Shown: positions 18,951 to 27,881 of the stretch, one piece after another
How the letters are laid out: every line of letters starts with the position of its first letter
How positions within the stretch are numbered: the stretch's first letter is position 1
Virus record (IMG/VR): IMGVR_UViG_3300048598_000287
Coordinates: 32,001-96,000 of that record
Direction: 5' to 3' (one strand)
Source: a virus
Taxonomy: Duplodnaviria > Caudoviricetes
DNA: 64,000 bases
The notes under the pieces: generated by a model
The model's database searches: none
Seen by the model: only the letters and a program-made list of their open reading frames with translations
What the model was told of the DNA's origin: nothing
Translations under genes and position numbers: made by a program

Positions 18951-19095
18951 CCTAGAAAGCGAGCATGATAACTACCTGATGTAACATCAGTCAATCCGAA
19001 CAGAGGGTTCACCTCCCGTTCCATTATGCACGTCCGTGAAACGGGTCCTACAGGCCCCACATTGTAACATCATCCAATCCGAATCTAATCTTCAC
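18951..19095 (-). repeat. CRISPR-like mini-array E
   Basis: Repeats 19061-19095 and 18978-19012; 48-nt spacer; distal spacer related to 15479-15509. Confidence 0.75.
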
Positions 19096-19467
19096 CTGAT
19101 TAGTCATAAGTCGTTGAATATCAATATAGTTCAATGAATAGGTATCCGCTAAAATATTCCATACCCGGAAATTATTTAACCAGAAATGCTTATGTTTTCC
19201 TGTGAAGCAAATGTCAAACATCCAATCGTTATTTGAATTTTTGAGTACTATGCGGTTTGTGGGAAGCTTGCTTTCAACCCAATCTTCATCCAAGAACACC
19301 GTCTTGGTGCATTGTCCAAGTAGTTCCAGGAACGTCTTATCAAATTCTTCCTGAGTAACCTCATGCTTCTCTAATTCTGCTTTAGAGAACTTGGTGAGCA
19401 TCAGGGATTTCATCTCATCCGATTCATTATAGATCTTTCTTGCTTCTTCAATTGTTAATTCTGCCAT
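19048..19467 (-). CDS. Array-associated MAELT-family protein
   Basis: Paralog; AAGGAGG RBS. Confidence 0.85.
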   Translation of the reverse strand: MAELTIEEARKIYNESDEMKSLMLTKFSKAELEKHEVTQEEFDKTFLELLGQCTKTVFLDEDWVESKLPTNRIVLKNSNNDWMFDICFTGKHKHFWLNNFRVWNILADTYSLNYIDIQRLMTNQVKIRFGLDDVTMWGL

Positions 19468-19497
19468 AGTAGGCCTCCTTATATAAGTTAATTAGAT

Positions 19498-19717
19498 AAT
19501 CCGAACTGGATATTCATCTGATTCCAAAGGATCTGAACGGCGGCACGGATGTAATATCATCCAATCCGAACTGGTTATTCATCTATGATATCAATGGGAA
19601 CGTTATTCATGCAAGGTGTAACATCATTCAATCCGAATCTAATCTTCACCCAAGTTTCTGAGCAACCCGTATGATTTTCCTTGGTGTAACATCATTCAAT
19701 CCGAATCTAATCTTCAC
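19498..19717 (-). repeat. CRISPR-like mini-array F
   Basis: Repeats 19683-19717, 19615-19649, 19548-19582 and partial 19498-19517; spacers 33, 32 and 30 nt. Confidence 0.85.
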
Positions 19718-20089
19718 CTGATTCTTCATAAGTTTAGTAATATCATTATCTTGCAATGAATACTTATCCTTGAAAATCTTCCATACCCTTTCAGAACTTA
19801 CCCAGAAATGTGGGTAGTTTCCTATGAAGAGGATGTCAAACATCCATTCATCATTTGGGTTTCTAAGTTCTATACGATTGGTGGGAAGATTGCTTTTATA
19901 ACCATGTTCATTCAGGAACACCGTCTTGGTACATTGCCCAAGAAATTCCAGGAAGATCTTATCGAATTCTTCTTGAGTAACCTCATGCGGTTCAAGTTCA
20001 TCTTTCGTGAACTTAGTGAGCATCAGGAATTTCATCTCATCCGATGATGCGTAGATCTTTCTTGCTTCTTCAATTGTCAGGTCTGGCAT
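19646..20089 (-). CDS. Array-associated MAELT-family protein
   Basis: Start MPDLT with AAGGAG RBS. Confidence 0.85.
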   Translation of the reverse strand: MPDLTIEEARKIYASSDEMKFLMLTKFTKDELEPHEVTQEEFDKIFLEFLGQCTKTVFLNEHGYKSNLPTNRIELRNPNDEWMFDILFIGNYPHFWVSSERVWKIFKDKYSLQDNDITKLMKNQVKIRFGLNDVTPRKIIRVAQKLG

Positions 20090-20117
20090 TGTATATCTCC
20101 TTAATGTGATGTAATTA

Positions 20118-20146
20118 AATATACATTTTTTACACCTCATTGGCAA
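20118..20146 (-). promoter_or_regulatory. Sigma70-type promoter
   Basis: TTGCCA-17 nt-TATATT. Confidence 0.7.
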
Positions 20147-20156
20147 GTGAGTTTAA

Positions 20157-20417
20157 TCATTTCATATCAAGATGACTAGATATGTATGAATGTACACTTT
20201 TCCAAAGCTGGTCCACATCCGAATCGCATCGTACGATTACGTCAGCAACTTTCTGCTTATTGATGTGCACGGACACCTGACCAGTTGAATCCGATATCGT
20301 AATCGAATCTTCACCTGATCCGTAAAAAATAACATGGACGGCGTCGCCTACTGTCACATGCATGATACGTACGGCATTGATGAAGATTTGATCATCAGTT
20401 ATCACACTTATTTTCAT
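20157..20417 (-). CDS. Hypothetical protein
   Basis: AGGAGG RBS, 86 aa. Confidence 0.65.
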   Translation of the reverse strand: MKISVITDDQIFINAVRIMHVTVGDAVHVIFYGSGEDSITISDSTGQVSVHINKQKVADVIVRCDSDVDQLWKSVHSYISSHLDMK

Positions 20418-20487
20418 ATGTTCCCTCCTGTATTGAGCTCTAGCTCAGAATACCTATAATGAATCATATTTCCATTGACATCATACA

Positions 20488-21081
20488 TTAATACCACCAT
20501 TCATGTCCATCTGACCTTTTATTATGAATAATGCTCCCATCGGCATCGTACCAATCTTCATGCCCATAGGAATCCTTATAATGAATGCATTTTCCATCGG
20601 AATCGTAATCCCACCAGTGTTCATATCCGTCAGTAAGTTTCTTATGAATGCATTTTCCATCGGAATCATAGTAATACCATATTTCTGATCCGTCGGTATC
20701 CTTATAGCGAATCGGCTTCCCGCTCTCATCAAACCAATGTTCGGATCCGTTGGAATTTTTCGTATAGATCAGTTTTCCATTGGCATCGTACCACCATTCG
20801 AATCCATCTGAGGCCGTATAATGAATAAGATGCCGATTTCCATAGGAATCATATTCATACCATTTTTCAGATCCGTTGGGATACTTCGTATGAATCATGT
20901 TCCCATCGGCATCGTACCACAATTCATTACCCATTAAATCCTTCAGATGACTCGATTTATCAGAGTCCGATGAATCATCGGCTTCAAGGATTTTCTTGGA
21001 GAATTTGGTGAGCATCAGGGATTTCAGCGCATCAGAGTTGTGATAGATATTTCTTGCTTCTTTAATAGTCAATTCCGCCAT
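20488..21081 (-). CDS. MAELT leader fused to WYD repeats
   Basis: MAELTIKEARNIY...TKFSKKILE followed by WYD repeats. Confidence 0.85.
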   Translation of the reverse strand: MAELTIKEARNIYHNSDALKSLMLTKFSKKILEADDSSDSDKSSHLKDLMGNELWYDADGNMIHTKYPNGSEKWYEYDSYGNRHLIHYTASDGFEWWYDANGKLIYTKNSNGSEHWFDESGKPIRYKDTDGSEIWYYYDSDGKCIHKKLTDGYEHWWDYDSDGKCIHYKDSYGHEDWYDADGSIIHNKRSDGHEWWY

Positions 21082-21181
21082 GGTAGGCCTCCTTAAATAA
21101 TGATAAATCATAATTGATATTTAACTATCTTCCATTATGATATGTTGTAGATTCAATTAAAATATATGAAATTCTCCTTTG

Positions 21182-21925
21182 TCACTCAACTTTTTCTGCA
21201 TGACCAGAATACTCAACGAACTGATTGAATAGCTTTCTGGCAAGGCATCCTAATTCACCGCATTCATCACCATCAAGAAGCCCGAGATCTATAGCGTCCA
21301 TCTGATCCTTGAAATCATCGTAGTCTGCATATCCGCGCTTCAAGATGTCGGTAAGGATAGATAGCACGGCAGCCTTGCACGCATGCTGGTCCAGATATCC
21401 CCGCTCTTTATATTTGAATGTCCTGATTAGGCTGGAAAGAGGGTATTCGGAATGAATATATTCACTTCTTCTGGTCAAGAGATATTTCATATAATTATCA
21501 GTGAACTTAACATCTGATATATAATGTAATATTCCAGGTTCCCTATGCCTGACTTCCACACCTACCTGAACATGTGAAAAATCAAAGGTATTGATTAGTT
21601 GGTCAAGCGTAGGCTGGCGGTAAGAACAGAACTGCACCGGATAAGGGAACGTTTTCATGCGGACCGTGATTGCATTCTTCGTAGTGCTCAATACATCTAC
21701 TTCGGATATGTTATTCATCCGAAGGCGAAAATCTTCTCCGAATTCGTCCGAATCTGAGCCAGGATATACGTCGATATCATGCGGAGTATCTACGTTGCAT
21801 GAATTACCGGCGATGCGTACAGGATGATCAATCCCAATAGCATTGAACAACGCAGAAGGAATACGATACATCATTCTGCTCCTGATTTCATTAATAACTA
21901 GGTCATTCATAAATCTATAATACAT
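21182..21925 (-). CDS. Pol-beta-superfamily nucleotidyltransferase-like protein
   Basis: IAGNS...DIDVY and TFDF motifs. Confidence 0.65.
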   Translation of the reverse strand: MYYRFMNDLVINEIRSRMMYRIPSALFNAIGIDHPVRIAGNSCNVDTPHDIDVYPGSDSDEFGEDFRLRMNNISEVDVLSTTKNAITVRMKTFPYPVQFCSYRQPTLDQLINTFDFSHVQVGVEVRHREPGILHYISDVKFTDNYMKYLLTRRSEYIHSEYPLSSLIRTFKYKERGYLDQHACKAAVLSILTDILKRGYADYDDFKDQMDAIDLGLLDGDECGELGCLARKLFNQFVEYSGHAEKVE

Positions 21926-22066
21926 AATGCTGTCCTTTGCTTAAAATATGAATATAATCAGTTTTCCACGCTAAATATAGCATATTATCAACACATTGTA
22001 AATCAATTTCAGAAATATTGATAAAATCATATTGAATTTTCATATATATTTTCTATATTTAACGGT

Positions 22067-22783
22067 ATGAAAACTATTAGATTCAATACATTTGAAACAA
22101 ATTCCAGCTCAACACATGCGCTTGCCATATGCAAGAAACCCCGCACGGGCGAAGAATTCACCGATCCGGACGAGTACGGAATTCTATGGATACGGCTTGA
22201 CAAATATTTCACCTCAACCCATCAGATATGTTATAATGAGGGGTATATCGACACCGGGGAAACATGTAGCTATGATGTATCCACCCAAATAAAATATCTT
22301 GTGACTCAGGCAGTATCATCGGCGATTAATAAATGCTGTAACAATAAAGGAAATGATTATGATAAGGCATACATCCAGATGCAACGGAATCTTTCCATTC
22401 TGAGACGTAAAATAATAGCTCCTGTATATTCCGAGCTGAATATGGATCTCGTTAAAAGTATAACCCCATATTATCTATTGGACGGCAAGCGGGTGATAAT
22501 ATCCGCATCCAGCATGCCTAAGCTATATGGCATGGGAATAGGGATTGATCCCGATGACATGTATAGCGATGATTTCGCGAGTGCCATTCGCACACAGGTA
22601 GAGGACTATTCTAATTTACATTGGAAACGCAAAACCACCCTTGAAGAAGCGATTGGCATATCGGGCGAAATAGATCGTCAATATGGAAAAAACTATGATA
22701 AGAGAACTATAGCTGAACTGACATTCAAGCTATGGCGCCTATCACTGACACACTATAGCGTGCAATATTTCTATCATACATGA
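22067..22783 (+). CDS. FETNSSS-motif protein
   Basis: N-terminal IRFNTFETNSSSTH motif. Confidence 0.7.
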   Translation: MKTIRFNTFETNSSSTHALAICKKPRTGEEFTDPDEYGILWIRLDKYFTSTHQICYNEGYIDTGETCSYDVSTQIKYLVTQAVSSAINKCCNNKGNDYDKAYIQMQRNLSILRRKIIAPVYSELNMDLVKSITPYYLLDGKRVIISASSMPKLYGMGIGIDPDDMYSDDFASAIRTQVEDYSNLHWKRKTTLEEAIGISGEIDRQYGKNYDKRTIAELTFKLWRLSLTHYSVQYFYHT

Positions 22784-23008
22784 AATGCATTATCCATTTA
22801 ATTATTATGCGAACCAGTATTTTGTATGATATATACCATAAGAAACACCAGCGACTTTCGTATGGTGAGGTGAATCATGTTGTGTAAAAATGTATATTAC
22901 CAATGGTAGAGTTAAGTATCAAAAGGAACACCGCACGCCGATGTCCTTCGCGTAAGTTGGTGGTTAATTTGCCGGATTATCTAATTAATTTATATAAGGA
23001 GGCCTGAC

Positions 23009-23443
23009 ATGGCTGAATTGACAATTGAAGAAGCCCGAAAGATCTACGCAACAACGGATGATATGAAATCCCTGATGCTTACTAAGTTCTCTAAAAGTGA
23101 ACTTGAGAAACATGAGGTTACACAGGAAGAATTCGATAAGACCTTCCTGAGATTACTTGGGCAATGCACCAAGACTGTGTTCCTGGATGAAGCGGGTGAT
23201 GAAAGCCCGCTTCCCACTAACCGTATCGAACTCAGAAATTCAGATAACGAATGGATGTTTGACATCCAGTTCACTGGTAAAAATAAGCATTTCTGGGTAC
23301 ATTATTCTCGGGTATGGTGGATTTTCAAGGATAATGATTCATTGCAATATGAAGATATTGTACGACTTATGAAGAATCAGATGAACTCACGGTTCGGATT
23401 GGCTGATGTTAAACCCCTAATTAAGGAAATCATATTTTTTTAA
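23009..23443 (+). CDS. Array-associated MAELT-family protein
   Basis: Paralog; AAGGAGG RBS. Confidence 0.85.
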   Translation: MAELTIEEARKIYATTDDMKSLMLTKFSKSELEKHEVTQEEFDKTFLRLLGQCTKTVFLDEAGDESPLPTNRIELRNSDNEWMFDIQFTGKNKHFWVHYSRVWWIFKDNDSLQYEDIVRLMKNQMNSRFGLADVKPLIKEIIFF

Positions 23444-23510
23444 CACCCGGTTCGGATTGGGTGATGTTCAATCCATAACGGGATGAATAACATGGTTGGA
23501 TTGGATTATT
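23381..23510 (+). repeat. CRISPR-like mini-array G (degenerate)
   Basis: Repeats at 23381-23415, ~23440-23474 and degenerate 23483-23510. Confidence 0.7.
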
Positions 23511-23532
23511 AACTAATATAAGGAGGCCTGAC

Positions 23533-23961
23533 ATGGCTGAATTGACAATTGAAGAAGCTAGGAAGATCTACGCATCATCGGATGAGATGAAATCGCTGAT
23601 GCTCACCAAGTTCTCTAAAGCCGAATTAGAGAAACACAACCTTACACAGGAAGAATTTGATAAGATCTTCCTGGAATTGCTTGGCCAATGTATTAAGACC
23701 GTGTTCCTGGATAAACACGGTCATGAAAATAAGATTCCTAATAACCGGGTAAGATTAATAGATGCCACTGATAATTGGCTGTTTGATATTCAATTCACAG
23801 GAAAAGATAAGCATTTCTGGGTAAGTAATTCCCGGATATGGAATTGTTTAGCGGATACATATTCATTGAACTATAGTGATATCCAACGACTTATGAAAAA
23901 TCAGATGAACACCCGGTTCGGAATGGGTGATGTTACACCCTTCATTTTTTCACATACGTAG
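23533..23961 (+). CDS. Array-associated MAELT-family protein
   Basis: Paralog. Confidence 0.85.
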   Translation: MAELTIEEARKIYASSDEMKSLMLTKFSKAELEKHNLTQEEFDKIFLELLGQCIKTVFLDKHGHENKIPNNRVRLIDATDNWLFDIQFTGKDKHFWVSNSRIWNCLADTYSLNYSDIQRLMKNQMNTRFGMGDVTPFIFSHT

Positions 23962-24031
23962 CGGAACACGTTGAACACTGGGTTAGGATTAAACCATAAC
24001 GGGATGAATAACATGGTTGGATTGGATTATT
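23905..24031 (+). repeat. CRISPR-like mini-array H (degenerate)
   Basis: Repeat 23905-23939, 31-nt spacer, truncated repeat from 23971 (period 66), terminal block shared with arrays G and J. Confidence 0.7.
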
Positions 24032-24053
24032 AAATAATATAAGGAGGCCTACT

Positions 24054-24482
24054 ATGGCTGAATTGACAATTGAAGAAGCCAGGAAGATCTATGCAACAAC
24101 GGATGATATGAAATCCCTGATGCTCACCAAATTCACTAAGGAAGCCCTTGAGAAGCATGAAGTTACTCAGGAAGAATTCGATAAGATCTTCCTGGAATTG
24201 CTTGGCCAATGCTCCAAGACGGCGTTTCTGAATGAAGTGGGTGATGAAAGCCAGCTTCCCAATAACCGTATAGAACTCAGAAATTCAGATAACGAATGGA
24301 TGTTTGACATCCAGTTCACTGGTAAAAATAAGCATTTCTGGGTACATTATTCTCGTGTATGGAAGATTTTCATGAATACTTATTCGTTGGAAGATGTTGA
24401 TATTAAACTACTTATGAAGAATAAGATACATATTAGGTTCGGATTGGATGATGTTACCCCTTGTAGTTATTGGAAATGTTGA
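24054..24482 (+). CDS. Array-associated MAELT-family protein
   Basis: Paralog. Confidence 0.85.
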   Translation: MAELTIEEARKIYATTDDMKSLMLTKFTKEALEKHEVTQEEFDKIFLELLGQCSKTAFLNEVGDESQLPNNRIELRNSDNEWMFDIQFTGKNKHFWVHYSRVWKIFMNTYSLEDVDIKLLMKNKIHIRFGLDDVTPCSYWKC

Positions 24483-24633
24483 TCTGCGAAGATACATATT
24501 AGGTTCGGATTGGATGATGTTACCCCAGAGACGGCTATGCTGACGCGGCAGTAGAAGATACATATTAGGTTCGGATTGGATGATGTTACACCCTGCTACA
24601 ATTCGTATTTCTACAGGGTGGGATTGAATTATT
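24423..24633 (+). repeat. CRISPR-like mini-array I (cleanest copy)
   Basis: AAGATACATATTAGGTTCGGATTGGATGATGTTAC(C/A)CC at 24423, 24489 and 24555 (period 66) with unrelated spacers. Confidence 0.9.
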
Positions 24634-24655
24634 AAATTATATAAGGAGGCCTACC

Positions 24656-26209
24656 ATGGCTGAATTGACGATTGAAGAAGCAAGAAAGATCTACGCATCA
24701 TCGGATGATATGAAATCCCTGATGCTCACCAAATTCACTAAGGAAGACCTTGAAGAGGATTATACATCGTCCTCTTATGATAACCAGAATCACGGGCATG
24801 ATTCCCAGGGTAATGATTTTTGGTGCGATATCAATGGGAACGTAATTCATAAGAAAGCTCCAAATGGATTCGAAGCATGGTTCAATACAGATGGAAAAGT
24901 GATTCATAAGAAGCATTCTGACGGGTTTGAGGAATGGGTTGACTATGATTCTTATGGAAGAACTAATCATGTGAACGATTCCGATGGGTCAGAACGCTGG
25001 TACGAATACAATGCTAATGGGACAATATCACACGCTAAGTTTTCTGATGGGGAGGAATGGTGGTGCAATATCAATGGAAATAAGAGTCATTCCAAGTGGT
25101 CCGACGGATCCGAATCGTGGTACGATGCCAATGGAAATGACATTCATGGAAAAAATTCCGATGGATCGGAATGCTGGCATGATTTTGATAGCAATAAAAA
25201 ACTGATTCATAAGAAGTATTCCAATGGATTGGAAGAGTGGTATGATGCCACGGGGAATATGATCCGGTTGAAAGATTCCCTCGGATATGAAATGCGGTAT
25301 GAATATGATGCCAATGGCCACCTCATGCGCGAGAAGGATTCCTTAGGATGGGAAAAGTGGTGTGAATATGATGCCAACGGGCATCTGATTCACTCAAAGG
25401 ATTCAAATGGATTCGAACGGATGCATGAATATGCTACCGATGGGCACCGCATTCATGAGAAGGATTCGGACGGGCGCGAAAAATGGTATGATGCCAATGG
25501 AAAAATCATTCATTCTAAGTCTTCCGACGGAGTAGAAAAGTGCGAATCATGGTTCGATACCAATGGAAAACTGATTCACTTGAAATGTTCCGACGGTTTC
25601 GAATATTGGTATGATGCCGATGGGGAACTGATCCATTATAAGGATTCCGACGGAGATGAATATTGGTATGATGCCATAGGAACCCTTATGCATAAGAAGA
25701 TTTCCGATGGATCAGAAGAATGGTATGAATATAATGCTAATGGAAGGCTAATTTATGCAAATAATTCCGATGGATTTGAATCTTGGTATGAATATGGAGC
25801 CAATGGGCGAATGATTCATAATAAGACTTACGATGGATCAGAAGAATGGTATGCTACCGATGGGCACCGCATTCATGAGAAGGATTCGGACGGTTTCGAA
25901 TATTGGTATGATGCCAATGGGAATATCATTCATGAAAAGGATTCCGATGGATCAGAAGGTTGGCGGGATTTTGATAACAATAAAAAATTGATTCATAAGA
26001 AGTATTCCGACGGATTAGAACACTGGTATGATGCCAATGGGAACGTAATTCATAAGAAAAATCCAAATGAATTAGAATATTGGTGGAAATATGATGCCGA
26101 TGGGAAATTGAGTAATGAAATATGTTCTGATGGGTCAACCCGATGGTATTCTTATGATGCCCATGGGAATATGATTCATATGAAGATTTCCAATAGAACA
26201 TCTATTTGA
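24656..26209 (+). CDS. MAELT leader fused to a long WYD-repeat domain
   Basis: 517 aa, about 20 repeats; internal DNA duplication at 25431/25851. Confidence 0.9.
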   Translation: MAELTIEEARKIYASSDDMKSLMLTKFTKEDLEEDYTSSSYDNQNHGHDSQGNDFWCDINGNVIHKKAPNGFEAWFNTDGKVIHKKHSDGFEEWVDYDSYGRTNHVNDSDGSERWYEYNANGTISHAKFSDGEEWWCNINGNKSHSKWSDGSESWYDANGNDIHGKNSDGSECWHDFDSNKKLIHKKYSNGLEEWYDATGNMIRLKDSLGYEMRYEYDANGHLMREKDSLGWEKWCEYDANGHLIHSKDSNGFERMHEYATDGHRIHEKDSDGREKWYDANGKIIHSKSSDGVEKCESWFDTNGKLIHLKCSDGFEYWYDADGELIHYKDSDGDEYWYDAIGTLMHKKISDGSEEWYEYNANGRLIYANNSDGFESWYEYGANGRMIHNKTYDGSEEWYATDGHRIHEKDSDGFEYWYDANGNIIHEKDSDGSEGWRDFDNNKKLIHKKYSDGLEHWYDANGNVIHKKNPNELEYWWKYDADGKLSNEICSDGSTRWYSYDAHGNMIHMKISNRTSI

Positions 26210-26230
26210 ATGCTCGCCATATAAGATAAC

Positions 26231-26271
26231 TGCCTATGGATGGGTTCATTAAGTAAACCCATCCATAGGCA
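26231..26271 (+). terminator. Stem-loop, probable terminator
   Basis: TGCCTATGGATGGGTT...AACCCATCCATAGGCA. Confidence 0.6.
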
Positions 26272-26302
26272 TTAATTTAAATGAATATGATAGAAGGTAA
26301 CA

Positions 26303-27343
26303 ATGAATGACATATCACATGCATTTCCTAATCCTCAATATCTTGGATGCAAATACAGACATTTAGACTGGATAGGACATTATATTCCGGGCGGGGTATC
26401 TAAAGTCGCGGATGGATTTGCCGGATCGCAGTCAGTATCATATTTCATGAAAGGGAAAGGCTATGAAGTATATGCCAATGATTTCATGAATTATAGCAAT
26501 CAGATAGGAAAGGCTCTTATAGAAAACTCATCGGATAGATTATCGGATGACGATGTTCAGATGTTGTTTTCGGGAAATTCAAATCCTGAATATTACAATT
26601 TGATAGAAACTGAATTTTCCGATCTGTTCTTTAGCAGAGAAGATGCAAGATTGATTGACGCATTCAGAAGCAATGTAGATAGGCTTAATTCCGAGTACAA
26701 GAAGGCCCTTGCATTTTCCATAATCAACCGTACGCTTACCCGCAAAATAACAATGGGGCACTTCGCTCATACAAAAGCGCTTTCATATGCTAATGATGCA
26801 GATAGAATAAAAAGAAATGCCAGCCTTGCCCGCCCCATAAAAGATATGTTCAACGAATTTTTAACTGAATATAACGCGGCGGTATTTGACAACGGACGGG
26901 AAAACCATAGCTTCTGCGGAGATGTAATGAATTTCATAGAAGCGCTTCCTCCAGTAGATATGATATACTTAGATCCACCTTATGTAAATTCCCATCCGGA
27001 TTACCAAGGATACTATCATCTGCTAGAAACATTAGTGAATTATTGGAAAGACAAGAAATTCATTAATTCCATACATAGGTATGAACCAAAGATACATAGT
27101 GGATTCGACACGAAGAAAGATATAATGGCCTCTTTCGGAAGATTGTTTCTTCTATCAAAGAAAATACCTTATTGGCTGATAAGTTATAATGACCGATCGT
27201 ATCCGGATAAAAAAACAATACTTGATATGATTGAACCATATAAGAGAGTAGAGGTGATAGAGAAGCCATACATGAATAGCGTAGGCGGGAAAGGAAGTGT
27301 AAAAGGATGTAACGAGCTGCTGTTCATATGCCGCCCGTATTGA
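26303..27343 (+). CDS. D12-class N6-adenine DNA methyltransferase
   Basis: PQYLGCK, DGFAGSQSVS, YLDPPY. Confidence 0.85.
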   Translation: MNDISHAFPNPQYLGCKYRHLDWIGHYIPGGVSKVADGFAGSQSVSYFMKGKGYEVYANDFMNYSNQIGKALIENSSDRLSDDDVQMLFSGNSNPEYYNLIETEFSDLFFSREDARLIDAFRSNVDRLNSEYKKALAFSIINRTLTRKITMGHFAHTKALSYANDADRIKRNASLARPIKDMFNEFLTEYNAAVFDNGRENHSFCGDVMNFIEALPPVDMIYLDPPYVNSHPDYQGYYHLLETLVNYWKDKKFINSIHRYEPKIHSGFDTKKDIMASFGRLFLLSKKIPYWLISYNDRSYPDKKTILDMIEPYKRVEVIEKPYMNSVGGKGSVKGCNELLFICRPY

Positions 27344-27356
27344 TCACGATATGAGC

Positions 27357-27809
27357 TCAAAGATGTCCTGATGGCCATATATACGGAAGATCCGTTCGGG
27401 TGGTCCAGAATTTTTTCCTAGCATAATATTCCGGACATTTTCGCAGCAAGTTTGATTGATGCGCCAGATGAAACTCTCTGCATCCTATCCATTCCGGGTC
27501 ATTTTCTGAAACATCGTGATGCATGATATATGAAGAAAAAACATCTGATCTGGAATAATTAATGAATCGAATTCGCATGGAATCCTTGTATTTCCGGTTG
27601 ATCCATTGATCACATATTGCCATTCCATACCGTATCAATGCAAGTTCATGCCCTTTCCACATAGCTACGGCAGGATGATGTATCCATCCTCTATTTTCAA
27701 CCAGTGCAATGAGTATTTGCATGGCTTCTATACGCTGTTTGCCTAATCGTCTGTAATCTAGGCATTTTGCACTCTCATTGAAATCTGGAAATGGAAGAAA
27801 TGTTTGCAT
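27357..27809 (-). CDS. Pyrimidine-dimer DNA glycosylase-like protein (MSMEG_6728/DenV-like)
   Basis: MQTFLP, LDYRRLGKQRIE, HPAVAMW, HQSNLLRK. Confidence 0.8.
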   Translation of the reverse strand: MQTFLPFPDFNESAKCLDYRRLGKQRIEAMQILIALVENRGWIHHPAVAMWKGHELALIRYGMAICDQWINRKYKDSMRIRFINYSRSDVFSSYIMHHDVSENDPEWIGCREFHLAHQSNLLRKCPEYYARKKFWTTRTDLPYIWPSGHL

Positions 27810-27881
27810 ATGAAGAATATAGAAAGATTAATGGATCTTGGCTAGATTCTCCGTATTTTAGTTAATTAAAAATGATAATCA

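Noticed and set aside
19650-19682. Spacer reading KFLSNPY, reminiscent of NADAR FLSNFY
   Set aside because: Little nucleotide identity to the NADAR gene here
24423-24633. Canonical CRISPR-Cas array
   Set aside because: No cas genes or leader in the window; the first repeat is protein-coding and arrays are tied one-to-one to a non-Cas gene. Cas genes elsewhere in the genome cannot be excluded.
14859-24633. Diversity-generating retroelement
   Set aside because: No reverse transcriptase in the window; spacers are unrelated sequences, not adenine-specific variants of a template
14859-24633. Shufflon or invertible cassettes
   Set aside because: Repeats within each array are direct, not inverted, and no recombinase is adjacent
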